DNA from: the human T2T-CHM13v2.0 reference genome, Homo sapiens
Length of the DNA stretch: 64,000 nucleotides
Assembly: GCF_009914755.1 (NCBI RefSeq)
Contig: NC_060933.1
Direction: 5' to 3' (one strand)
Translations under genes and position numbers: made by a program
In this document: positions 32,631-45,216 of the stretch, piece after piece
How the letters are laid out: every line of letters begins with the position of its first letter
How positions within the stretch are numbered: the stretch's first letter is position 1
Notes under the pieces: model-generated
The model's database searches: none
The model's input: the letters and a program-made list of their open reading frames with translations, nothing else
Told to the model about the DNA's origin: nothing

Positions 32631-32945
32631 AACATGACCATTCTATCTAACTCCCACTGCCCTGTCCTGGATCACCCGCCGCGATCTCCAGGTGCCGCAT
32701 TACCACTTCTCACCTTGACATTTGCACCCTTGGTTACAGACATACACAACCTTGACTCTGGTTGAGATTCTCCTCCACTTATGCTGTCCTGGGCAATATC
32801 CGCTTAGCATTCTGTTTATCCACACCTGCAGAACTTTTTTTCTGAAACCTCAGTCCTATGTAGCACACGGCCCTCCCCACCACCAGGGGACAGCGCTTCC
32901 AGCCCAGGGAGCAGAAACCAGGCCAAGGAGGCAAAGATGAAATCA

Positions 32946-33227
<282 letters not shown>

Positions 33228-33236
<9 letters not shown>

Positions 33237-33275
33237 GAAAAGAAAGGAAAGAAAGGAAAGAAAGGAAAGAAAGGA

Positions 33276-33327
<52 letters not shown>

Positions 33328-33368
33328 AGGAAGGAAGGAAGGAAGGAAGGAAGGAAGGAAGGAAGAAA
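33228..33368 (+). repeat. Compound purine microsatellite (GAAAGGAAA)4(GAAA)12(GAAG)10
   Basis: Read directly. About 140 bp with no pyrimidine on the + strand. Confidence 0.97.
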
Positions 33369-34091
33369 TCAGGGCTGCCTCCAAAGCTCCCCGCTCACAG
33401 GATCAGCTGCCCGTCCTAGAGAAATTTCTTTTTAACACTTTCATTCTTTTAACTCTTTCCCACTCACTGGATAAGGATTACATAGGCACTAAAAGGCATG
33501 CGTGTATTTAGAAAAGACATTTCGTATTTTGCAAAGGGGAGAGCATTTCCAGTATTGACGGGGGTCTGTTTATTCTGTTGATAAATTAGAATTATAGCAA
33601 GCTTTGTTACCTCACTTCTGATCCCACAGCAGGTTAGAAGGAAGGAAGAGGTCAGGAGTGGTGTTAGAGACTGGCAGCAAGACAGGGAGGGAAAAGGTGA
33701 AAATGGAAACAGAAATGAAAACCCAGAAAGCATTGCAGGCTGCAGGGAGTTCGCATGCAGGCTTCATAGTGGAAAAAAAAGTAGGAGAACTGTGATCAGA
33801 TCTCAGCAGCTTCTGAGCATTTACAGCTGTTTTTCATGGGGCCGGAGCCAATTTTTTAAAAGGAAAAATCTGAATCTCTGAGAAAATGGTTAATGTCGGT
33901 CATTGTACTCCAAGCAGGCAGCAAAGAATGCAATGCATTTTTAAAAGACATACAGCCCTAAAAGAATGAATGAGAATTGACTCGATTCTGCTTTTAGGGA
34001 ATCTTTGAGGGAGAGGAGGTAATTCGTCTTTAGCATCTTTCACGCAGGCCCCGCTGGTCTTTGCCGGTCTACAAAGACCTCCTCCTGCCCT

Positions 34092-34105
34092 CCACAAGAG
34101 GGCGC
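34092..34105 (+). promoter_or_regulatory. Candidate CTCF binding site
   Basis: CCACAAGAGGGCGC matches the core consensus CCASYAGRKGGCRS at 13 of 14 positions, in non-repeat, locally CpG-retaining DNA. A weaker second site lies at 34165-34181. Confidence 0.55.
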
Positions 34106-34946
34106 CAGAATTCCTAGGACAGGACCCGGTCCGTGGTCAAGAGACCCGATGAAACTCGACATGACCACTAGAGGGGGGCAGTGAGGTCCTTAAACTGCAT
34201 TCTGAGATTCCAATTTGTATTTGTTTATGTCATTTTAAAGATGCTTTCATCTAAGAGACATGCTTTGTCCTGTGTGCATGATGCCAGTGAAAAATGTGCT
34301 CTTCAAACCATGGGAGCACACTTCAGTTCAGCATTTCCATCGCATCAGGGCTGGTCTGACGTAAGCAGGTGACTTTGGCGGGAGGTGGGGGGATTGGGGG
34401 GCAGGGAGGGGGTGCCAGGTACTCTTTACCCAGCAGAAAAGGCATTTTGTTCTGCTCAGTCTATCCACAACAGTTTGCAGGAAACATTAAACCTATTAAA
34501 GTGTGCCTTGTTTCAAGAATGCATGTAGGTCACGAACAACTGCTAAAGATCGATCCTTGCCACTTCTTTTTGAGGGAATTGGAGTTAATACAGAATATCC
34601 AAAGATAACAGGAGGAATCAAGTCGGGGTTGATGTGCCCCCACCCCCCACCCCCAAGCAAATGAATCATCTCTCTTCCGAAGGAACCGTTCCATCCAATA
34701 GCACCACCTAAAGACCCTTTTGGAAGACTGCGGTATGCTCCACTGGAGTGCTCTGAAAAGAGCCCTGTAGTGATTAACGTAAGGACAAGAATGATTCTGC
34801 TGGGATTTGTTTTTCAAGCACCCTGTTTTTGTGGCCAAGAACACATTCCTTGAATGGATACACTTCAGGTTGTTATATAGACAGTAGTGGGGGATTGGAG
34901 AAGGTTTAAGATGTACTTCAACATGGAATAATAAGCGATCATTTTT

Positions 34947-35496
34947 CAGGGGTCCCCAACCCTCGGGCTGCAGACCGGTATGGGTCCGTGGCCTTTTAGG
35001 AACAGAGCTACACACAGGAGATGAGTGGTGGGCGAGCGAGCGAAGCTTCATCTGTATTTACAGCCGCTCCCCATTGCTGGCATTGCCACCTGAGCTCCAC
35101 CTCCTGTTATATCAGTAGTGATGTTAGATTCTCATAGAAGTGCAAACCCCATTGTGAACTGCGCATGCAAGGGATCTCGGTTGCGTGCTCTTTATGAGAA
35201 TCTAACTAATGCCTGATGATCTGTCACTGTCTCCCGTCACCCACCCCCCCACCCCCGCCCCACCGCCGATGACACGGTCTAGTTGCAGGAAAACAAGCTC
35301 AGGGCTCCCACGAATTCTAAATTATGGTGAGTCGTATAATTATTTCATTATATTTTACAATGTAATAATAAGAGAAACAAAGTGTGCAATAAATGTAATG
35401 CACTTGAATCATTCCAAAACCATCCCCCACATCATCCCTGGAGAAATTGTCTTCTATGAAACCAGTCCCTGGTGCCAAAAATGTTGGGGACCACTC
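34947..35496 (+). mobile_element. MER1A (hAT-Charlie non-autonomous DNA transposon)
   Basis: Terminal inverted repeats caggggtccccaac / gttggggaccactc. MER1 internal sequence ttagattctcatag...tatgagaatctaa. About 550 bp. Confidence 0.9.
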
Positions 35497-36905
35497 CTTT
35501 AAATGATGCTGAGGAGTACATTGACATAGATGGACAGTCGCAATATGTTGCTAAGTTTAAAAAAATAGGTTCTAAAACAGCATGACCCCATTTGTGTAAT
35601 ATATGTGTGTATACATACATTTTTAAAAGTCTGACAGATATATCCTAAAATGATTATTCCTGGATGGTACAATTATAAGTAATATTAAATATTTCTCATT
35701 TTTCCCTCCATTTGGTTTATCTGTATTTTCACATTTTATCTACCCAACCATGTATTACATGTGTAATTTTTTTTTAAGTTTGCCAACACATGCACTTTAT
35801 ATCTTTTTTTGGTATTAAAAAAGACCCAGTCTTGGAACTTTTTTACACTATTATCATACACTAAAAGAATTTTTACCATTCCACGTTAATAAGATAAACA
35901 CAAATTGCTTCAATATATTATTCTCCCATTTTATATATGTATATACAGACTTATTAAATAAGCATTTATTAGCACTTTAAAGAGTTATTTTTAAGGAAGA
36001 GATAGAGTGATTCATCTTTTTGATTGCTCGCTTTCATCTAAGCCAAAATGATACATCTATAGAAACATTATGGGTGAGAATCAGAGTACACTCCTTTTGT
36101 TACTACATATATATAGTGTATATATAGTAACAAAACATATACTATATGTATGTATGTATACTATACTATGTACTATACATATACTGTATATTTACATATG
36201 TTTCTTAACCTTACTTTTACTAATAAAATTTCTTAAAGGGAAACCTTTGAAAGAATCATACTTGACTTCAATCATAACCTAAAGATGTTCTTTCAGGAAA
36301 TTCTGGGATGATGTATGGGTTGTCGTGAAAATGATTCTGAAGCCAATTTTAGCAGCACTGAATCTCTTGTTTTTCTGTAATCAGTAAGAGGAATGCAGCG
36401 ATTCTTGAGCTTCTCAGCCTGTTCTTTGTCTCACCTGTGACACTAAAATAGTCCATTTTTCTAAGTGCTCCAGCCTTCCCAAACTCAATTATTAACAGAT
36501 TAAATTTCTATGAATGTTTAAAAACAGTTGAGGTAGATAAGAGTTGTGATTCTCTGCCATTTTCCAAATAATAAATGTATATTCACTGCTGCGTTAGTAA
36601 GAAACTATTCTGTATTCATAGGCCCTTCAAACTTTTAAGGAAATTTAGATTTATCTAAAGCTTAGGGTGTATAGTCAGAAAACTTTTTTTTTAATACTTT
36701 AAGTTCTGGGATACATGTGCAGAACGTGCAGGTTTGTTACATAGGTATATACATGTCATGGTGGTTTTCTGCACACATCAACCTGTCATCTACATTAGGT
36801 ATTTCTCCTAATGCTATCCCTCCCCTAGCCCCCCACCGCCTGACAGGCCCCAGTGTGTGATGTTCCCTTCCCTGTGGGAAGGATGTGGCCATGTGTTCTG
36901 ATTGT

Positions 36906-39900
36906 TCAGCTCCCATTTATGAGTGAGAACATGCAGTGTTTGGTTTTCTGTTCCTATGTTAGTTTCCTGAGAATGATGGTTTCCAGCTTCATCCATGTCC
37001 CTGCAAAGGACATGAACTCATCCTTTTTTATGGCTGCATAGTATTCCATGGTATATATGTGCCACATTTTCTTTATCCAGTCTATCATGAATGGGCATTT
37101 GGGTCGGTTTCAAATCTTTGTTATTGTGAATAGTGCTGCAATAAACATACGTGTGCATGTGTCTTTATAATAGAATGATTCATACTCCTTTGGGTATGTA
37201 CCCAGTAATGGGATTGCTGGGTCAAATGGTATTTCCAGTTCTAGATCCTTGAAGAATAGCCACACTGTCTTCCACAATGGTTGAACTAATTTACACTCCC
37301 ACCAACAGTGTAAAAGCATTCCTATTTCTCCACATCCTCTCCAGCATCTGTTGTTTCCTGACTTTTTAGTGATCACCATTATAACTGGTGTGAGATGGTA
37401 TCTCATTGTGGTTTTGACTTGCATTTCTCTAATGACCAGTGATGATGAGCTTTTTTTCATATATTTGTTGGCCATATAAATGTCTTCTTTTGAGAAGTGT
37501 CTGTTCATATCCTTTGCCCACTTTTTGATGGGGTTGTTTGTTTGTTTTCTTGTAAATTTGTTTAAATTCTTTGTAGATTCTGGATATTAGCCCTTTGTCA
37601 GATGGATAGATTACAAAAATTTTCTTCCATTCTGTAGGTTGCCTGTTCACTCTGATGATAGATTTTTTTTTTTCTGTGCAAAAGCTCTTTAGTTTAATTA
37701 GATCCCATTTGTCAATTTTGGCTTTTGTTGCTATTGCTTTTGGTGTTTTAGTCATGAAGTCTTTGCTTATGCCTATGTCCTGAATGGTATTGCCTAGGTT
37801 TTCTTCTAGGGTTTTCATGGTTTTAGGTCTTACATTTAAGTCTTTAATCCATCTTGAGTTAATTTTTGTATGAGGTGTAAGGAAGTGGTCCAGTTTCAGT
37901 TTTCTGCATATGGGTAGCCAGTTTTCCCAACACCATGTATTGAATATGGAATCCTTTCCCCATTGCTTATTTTTGTCAGGTCTGTCAAAGATCAGATAGT
38001 TGTAGATGTGTGGCATTATTTCTGAGGCCTCTGTTCTGTTCCATTTGTCTATATCTCTGTTTTAGTACCAGTACCATGCTGTTTTGGTTACTGTAGCCTT
38101 GTAGTATAGTTTGAAGTCAGGCAGCATGATACCTCCAGCTTTGTTCTTTTTGCTTAGAATTGTCTTGGCTATACGGGCTCTTTTTTGGTTCCATTTGAAA
38201 TTTAAAGTAGTTTTTTCAAATTCTGTGAAGAAAGTCAATGGTAGCTTGATGGGGTTAGCATTGAATCTATAAATTACTTTGGGCAGTATGGCCATTTTCA
38301 CTATATTGACGCTTCTTATCCATGAGCATGGAATGTTTTTCCATCTGTTTGTGTCCTCTCTTGTTTGCCTGAGCAGTGGTTTGTAGTTCTCCTTGAAGAG
38401 GTCCTTCACATCCCTAGTAAGTTGTATTCCTAGGTATTTTATTCTCTTTGTAGCAATTGTGAATGGGAGTTCACTCGTGATTTGGCTCTCTGTCTATTAT
38501 TGGTGTATAGGAATGCTTGTAATTTTTGCACATAGATTTTGTATCCTGAGACTTTGCTGAAGTTGCTTATCAGCTTAAGGAGATTTTGGGCTGAGACAAT
38601 GAGTTTTTCTAAATATACAGTCATGTCATCTGCAAACAGAGACAACTTGACTTCCTCTCTTTCTATCTGAATACCTTTATCTCTTTCTCTTGCCTGATTG
38701 CCTTGGCCAGAACTTTCAATACTATGTTGAATAGGAGTGAGAAAGGACAACCTTTTCTTGTGCCAGTTTTCAAAGGGAATGCTTCCAGCTTTTGCCCATT
38801 CAGTATGATATTGGCTGTGGGTTTGTCATAAATAGCTCTTATTATTTTGAGATACATTCCATCAATACCTAGTTTATTGAGAGTTTTTAACATGAAGGGG
38901 TGTTGAATTTTATCGAAGGCCTTTTCTGCATCTATTGAGATATTCATGTGGTTTTTGTCATTGGTTCTGTTTATGTGATGGATTACACTTATTGATTTGA
39001 GTATGTGGAACCAGCCTTGTATCCCAGGGATGAAGCTGACTTCATCATGGTAGATAAGCTTTTTGATGTGCTGCTGGATTCGGTTTGCCAGTATTTTATT
39101 GAAGATTTTCATATCGATGTTCATCAGGGAAATTGGCCTGAAATTTTCTTTGTATGTTGTGTCTCTGCCAGGTTTTGGTATCAGGATGACGTTGGCCTCA
39201 TAAAATGAGTTATGGAGGATTCCCTCTTTTTCTATTGTTTAGAATAGTTTCAGAAGGAATGGTACCATTTCCTCTTTGTACCTCTGATAGAATTCGGCTG
39301 TGAATCCAGCTGGTCCTGGGGTTTTATTGGTTGGTAGGCTATTAATTACAGCCTCAATTTCAGAACTTGTTATTGATTTATTCAGGGATTTGACTTCTTC
39401 CTGGTTTAGTCTTACGAAGGTGTATGTGTCTAGGAATTTATCCATTTCTTCTAGATTTTCTAGTTTATTTGCACAGAGGTGTTTATAGTATTCTCTGATG
39501 GTAGTTTGTATTTCTGTGGGAACAGTGGTGATATCCCCTTTATCATTTTTTATTGTGTCTATTTGATTCTTCTCTCTTTTCTTCTTCATTAGTCTGGCTA
39601 GTAGTCTATTTTGTTAATCTTTGCAAAAAATCAGCTCCTGGATTCATTAATTTTTTGCAGGGTTTTTCATGTCTCTATCTCCTTCAGTTCTGCTCTGATC
39701 TTAGTTATTTCTTGCCTTTTGCTAGCTTTGGAATTTGTTTGCTCTTGCTTCTCTAGTTCTTTTAATTGTGATATTAGGGTGTCAATTTTATATCTTTCCT
39801 GCTTTCTCCAGTGGGCACTTAGTGCTATAAATTTCCCTCTAAACACTGCTTTAGCTGTGTCCCAGAGATTCTGGTATGTTGTGTCTTTGTTCTTATTGGT

Positions 39901-40728
39901 TTCAAAGAACTTATTTATTTCTGCCTTCATTTCGCTATTTACCCAGTAGTCATTCAGGAGCAGGTTGTTCAGCTTTCATGTAGTTTTGCAGTTTTGAGTG
40001 AGTTTCTTAATCCTGAATTCTGATTTGATTGCACGGTGGTCTGAGAGACTGTTACGATTTCCATTCTTTTGCATTTGTTGAGGAGTATTTTACTTCCAAT
40101 TATGTGGTCAATTTTAGAATAAGCGTGATGTGCTGAGAAGAATGTATATTCTGTTGATTTGGGGTGGAGAGTTCTGTAGATGTCTGTAGATGTCTATTAG
40201 TCCTGCTTGGTCCAGAGCTGAGTTCAAGTCCTGAATACCCTTGTTAATTTTCTGTCTTTTTGATTTGTCTAATATTGACAGTGGGGTGTTAAAGTCTCCC
40301 ACAATTATTGTGTGGGAGTCTAAGTCTCTTTTTAAGACTCTAAGGACTTGCTTTATGAATCTGGGTCCTCCTGTATTGGGTGCATATATATTTAGGATAG
40401 TTAGCTCTTTTTGTTGCATTGATCCCTTTACCATTAAATAATGCTCTTCTTTGTCTCTTTTGATCTTTGTTCGTTTAAAGTCTGTTTTATCAGAGACCAG
40501 GATTGCAACCCCACTCTTTTTTTGCTTTCCATTTCCTTGGTAAATATTCCTCCATCCCTTTATTTTGAGCCTATGTGTGTCTTTGCACATGAGATGGGTC
40601 TCCTGAATACAGCACCCCAATGGGTCTTGACTCTTTATCCAGTTTGCCAGTCTGTGTCTTCTAATTGGGGCATTTAGCTCATTTACATTTAAGGTTAATG
40701 TTGTTATGTGTGAATTTGATCCTGTCAT
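36906..40728 (-). pseudogene. Disrupted L1 ORF2 (APE endonuclease, reverse transcriptase, C-terminal domain)
   Basis: MTGSNSHITTLTLNVN, CCIQETHL, NIYAPN and IVGDFNTPLS (EN); [16 protein letters not shown] and LSLFADD (RT); CWRGCGEIG and HCWWEC (C-terminus). Broken into many ORFs by stops and frameshifts, including a 10-bp duplication at 40174-40193. Confidence 0.95.
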
Positions 40729-40791
40729 TATGATGCTAGCTGGGTTTTTTGCCCATTGTTTGATGCAGTTTCTTCATAGTGTCGATGGTCT

Positions 40792-41805
40792 TTACAATTT
40801 AGTATGTTTTTGCAGTGGCTGGTACCGGTTTTTCCTTTCCATATTTAGTGCTTCCTTCAGGAGCTCTGGTAAGGCAGGCCTGGTGGTGACAAAATCTCTC
40901 AGCATTTGCTTATCTGTAAAGGAATTTATTTCTCCTTCACTTATGAAGCTCAGTTTGGCTGGATATAAAATTCTGGATTGAAAACTCTTTTCTTTAAGAA
41001 TGTTGAATATTGGCCCCCACTCTCTCCTGGCTTGTAGGGTTTCTGCAGAAAGGTCCACTGTTAGTCTGATAGGCTTCCCTTTCTGGGTAACCTGACATTT
41101 CTCTCTGGCTGCCCTTAACATTTTTTCCTTCATTTCGACCTTGGTGAATCTGACAATTATGTGTCTTGGGGTTGCTCTTCTCGAGGAGTATCTTTGTGGT
41201 GTTCTCTGTATTTCCTGAATTTGAATGTTGGCCTGTCTTGCTAGGTTGGGGACATTCTCCTGGATAATATCCTGAAGAATGTTTCCCAACTTGGTTCCAT
41301 TCTCCCTGTCACTTTCAGGTACACCAATCGAACATAGTTTTGGTCTTTTCACATAGTCCCATATTTCTTAGAGGCTTTGTTTGTTCCTTTTCATTATTTT
41401 TTCTCTAATCTTGTCTTCACGCTTTATTTCATTAAGTTGGTCTTCCATCTCTGATGTCCTTTCTTCTGCTTGATCGATTTGACTATTGTGCTTCACAAAG
41501 TTCTTGTGCCGTTTTTCAGCTCCGTCAGATCATTTATGTTCTTCTGTAAACTGGTTATTCTAGTTAGCAATTCCTCTAAGCTTTTTTTCAAGGTTCTTAG
41601 CTTCCTTGCATTGGGTTAGAACATGCCCCTTTAGTTTGGAGCAGTTTGTTATTACCCACCTTCTGAAGCCTACTTCTGTCAATTCATCAAACTCATTCTC
41701 TGTCCAGTTTTGTTCCCTTGCTGGTGAGGAGTTGTGATCCTTTGGAGGAGAAGAGGCATTCTGGTTTTTGGAATTTTCAGCCTTTTTGCACTGGTTTTTC
41801 CTCAT
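40792..41805 (-). pseudogene. Disrupted L1 ORF1 (RNA-binding chaperone)
   Basis: MRKNQCKKAENSKNQNASSPPK (41560-41805) and ...TPRHIIVRF...ARREWGPIFNILKEK...YPAKLSF (40792-41352), split by indels and stops. Confidence 0.93.
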
Positions 41806-41827
41806 CTTTGTGGATTTATCTACCTTT

Positions 41828-42780
41828 TTTTTTTTATTATTATCCTTTAAGTTTTAGGGTACATGTGCACATTGTGCAGGTTAGTTACATATGTATACAT
41901 GTGCCATGCTGGTGCGCTGCACCCACTAACTTGTCATCTAGCATTAGGTATATCTCCCAATGCTATCCCTCCCCACTCCCCAACCCCACCACAGTTCCCA
42001 GAGTGTGATATTCCCCTTCCTGTGTCCATGTGATCTCATTGTTCAATTCCCACCTATGAGTGAGAATATGCGGTGTTTGGTTTTTTGTTCTTGCGATAGT
42101 TTACTGAGAATGATGATTTCCAATTTCATCCATGTCCCTACAAAGGACAATGAACTCATCTTTTTTATGGCTGCATAGTATTCCATGGTGTATATGTGCC
42201 ACATTTTCTTAATCCAGTCTATCATTGTTGGACATTTGGGTTGGTTCCAAGTCTTTGCTATTGTGAATAATGCCGCAATAAACATACGTGTGCATGTGTC
42301 TTTATAGCAGCATGATTTATAGTCCTTTGGGTATATACCCAGTAATGGGATGGCTGGGTCAAATGGTATTTCTAGTTCTAGATCCCTGAGGAATCGCCAC
42401 ACTGACTTCCACAATGGTTGAACTAGTTTACAGTCCCACCAACAGTGTAAAAGTGTTCCTATTTCTCCACATCCTCTCCAGCACCTGTTGTTTCCTGACT
42501 TTTTAATGATTGCCATTCTAACTGGTGTGAGATGGTATCTCATTGTGGTTTTGATTTGCATTTCTCTGATGGCCAGTGATGATGAGCATTTGAACAGGCA
42601 TCCTACAAAATGGGAGAAAATTTTTGCAACCTACTCATCTGACAAGGGCTAATATCCAGAATCTACAATGAACTCAAACAAATTTACAAGAAAAAAACAA
42701 ACAACCCCATCAAAAAGTGGGCGAAGGACATGAACAGACACTTCTCAAAAGAAGACGTTTATGCAGCCAAAAAACACATG
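41828..42780 (-). mobile_element. Nested, 5'-truncated L1PA2-like LINE-1 with twin-priming inversion
   Basis: Poly(T), young 3'UTR and ORF2 end on the minus strand (41828-42591), then an L1 segment in the opposite orientation (42592-42780). TSD tggatttatctaccttt at 41811-41827 and 42779-42795. It lacks the L1HS-Ta diagnostics: it has AAG (CpG-decayed GAG) rather than ACA, and A rather than G near the 3' end. Confidence 0.93.
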
Positions 42781-44172
42781 GATTTATCTACCTTTGATCT
42801 TTGATGTTGGTGACCTTTGGATGGGTTTTTGTGTGGATGTCCTTTTTGTTGATGTTCATGCTATTCCTTTCTGTTTGTTAGTTTTCCTTCTAACAGTCAG
42901 GACCCTCTGCTGCAGGTCTGCTGGAGTTTGCTGGGGATCCACTCCAGACCGTGTTTGCCTGGTATCACCAACAGAGGCTGCAAAACAGCAAAGATTGCTG
43001 CCTGTTCCTTCCTCTGGATGCTTTGTCCCAGAGGGGCACCTGCCAGATGCCAGCCAGAGCTCTCCTGTATGAGGTGTCTGTCAATCCCTGCTGGGAGGTG
43101 TCTCCCAGCCAGGAGTCACAGGGGTCTGGGACCCACTTGAGGAGGCAGTCTGTCCCTTAGCAGAGCTTGAGCACTGTGCTGGGAGATCCACTGTTCTCTT
43201 CAGAGCCAGCAGGCAGGAACCTTTAAGTCTGCTGAAGCTGTGCCCACAGCCACCCCTTCCCCCAGGTGCTCTGTCCCAGGGAGATGGGAGTTTTATCTAC
43301 AAGCCCCTGACGGGGCTACTGCCTTTCTTTCAGAGATGCCCTACCCATAGAGAAGGAATCTAGAGAGGCAGTGTGGCTACAGTGGCTTTGCCAAGCTGCA
43401 GTCAGCTCTGCCCAGTTTGAACTTCCTGGCAGCTTTGTTTACACTGTGAGGGGGAAACCACCTACTCAAGCCTCAGTAATGGCGGATGCCCCTCCCACCA
43501 CCAAGCTTGAGCATCCCAGGTCAACTTCAGACTGCTGTGCTGGCAGCAAGAATTTCAAGCCATTGGATCTTAGCTTGCTGGGCTCCATGGCAGTGGGATC
43601 CACTAAGCTAGACCACTTGGCTCCCTGGCTTCAGCCCCATCTCCAGGGGAGTGAACGGTTCTGTCTCTCTGGTGTTCCAGGTGCCACTGGGGTATGAAAA
43701 AAAAAAAAACTCCTGCAGCTAGCTCGGTGCCTGCCCAAAATGGCTGCCCAGTTTTGTGTTTGAAATCTAAGGCCCTGGTGATTTAGGCACCCGAGGGAAT
43801 CTCCTGGTCTGTGGGTTGTGAAGACCGTGGGAAAAGCATAGTATCTGGGCCGGGATGCACCGTCCCTCATGGCACAGTCCCTCACAGCTTCTATTGGCTA
43901 GGGGAGGGAGTTCCCCAACCCCTTGCACCTCCCAGGTGAGGCGACGCCCCACCCTGCTTTGACTAGCCCTCCATGGGCTGCACCCACTGTCTAACCTGTC
44001 CCAATGAGATGAGCCGGGTACCTCAGTTGGGAATGCAGAAATCAGCTGCCTTCTGCGTTGAGCTCGCTGGGAGCTGTAGACCAGAGCTATTCCCATTCGG
44101 CCATCTTGCCAACCACTGCATGGGCTTTATATCTTTTGCATTTCAAGGGTTTGTTTAGGTAGAACCTTCTGA

Positions 44173-44484
44173 TTTTTTTTTTTTTTTTTTTTTTTTTTTG
44201 AGACAGAGTTTCACTCTTGTCGCCCAGGCTGGAGTGCAACGGTGCGATCTCGGCTCACTGCAGCCCCTACCTCCAGGGTTCAAATGATTCTTTCCTGCCT
44301 CAGACTTCCGAGTAGCTGGGACTACAGGCGTGTGCCACCACGCCCAAGTAGTTTTTGTATTTTTAGTAGAGACAGGGTTTCACCATGTTGGTCAGGCTGG
44401 TCTCGAACTCCTGACCTCAGGTGATCTGCCTGCCTCAGCCTCCCAAAGTGCTGGGATTACAGGTGTGAGCCACTGCACCCGGCT
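44173..44484 (-). mobile_element. AluSq/Sx
   Basis: Long poly(T) plus Alu dimer. TSD cttctgat. Confidence 0.95.
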
Positions 44485-45216
44485 GTCTTCTGATCTTTTT
44501 AAACAGGATGTTCTCATGATACGATTTCTATCCATCTGTTCTTACCCTAGATTCTCAAGGCTGAATAAAGAACTGGTCAGGTGGAATTGCTGCTTTCACG
44601 TAATCTTGAACTTCTCTGCTTTGCTTTTGGAATGAAATGCCGTGGCTCCAAACTGTCCCTGGTCAGGGTCCTCCCTCACAGCATTACTCCAACCATCTTC
44701 TCTGTCCCAGCTTATTCTATTTCTCAACTCCCAGCCTTAACCTGCCTAGACCTCTTCCTCATCCTTGATCATCCTCTGTGTGTGGGGGGTCCCAGGCTTT
44801 TGCTGAGTTTACCTCCACCACCTGGTGTGCCTGCTCTTTCTGGCCTCACCTGGTAACATCTCCATTCTTCCAGGCCACTTCAAATGCCCCTTCGTTTGGA
44901 GCCTTTCCTGAAGCCCAATAGGACATGAGCTCTGCAATGTTTGTAATGAAGGAGTAATGAAGCCAGATGTTGCCTCACGTGGTTCCCTGCTTTTCCTACA
45001 ATGCAGTTTGAGTCTTTTTTAGAAACAGCGATCACCTCTGCAAACAACCAGCAACCCCACTGGTGCAGTGGGCATTTATAATGTTGAGTAACATAGTTTA
45101 GCCAAAAATACATACAATAAAGAAGAACTGGCCTCATACTAACATATTTCATGATGATTCAGAGATTATTAAGTGGTGCCAATTTCAAAAGCCTATCTGA
45201 GCACACAATTTCATTG

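Larger units (their letters stand above)
36684..44110 (-). mobile_element. Full-length LINE-1, L1PA7-like, inactive
   Basis: Poly(T) and L1PA7-type 3'UTR (ttctgggatacatgtgcagaacgtgcaggtttgttacatagg) at ~36684-36900. ORF2 and ORF1 remnants with a 63-bp inter-ORF spacer (40729-40791). ~1.3-kb 5'UTR (42796-44110) ending in the YY1 site gccatctt (44100-44107). Confidence 0.95.

Noticed and set aside
36906-41805. Active reverse transcriptase system or novel retroelement
   Set aside because: Standard L1 ORF1/ORF2 with many stops and frameshifts.
41828-42780. L1HS-Ta (currently active subfamily)
   Set aside because: It lacks the ACA and G 3'UTR diagnostics and carries several private mutations, so it fits L1PA2.
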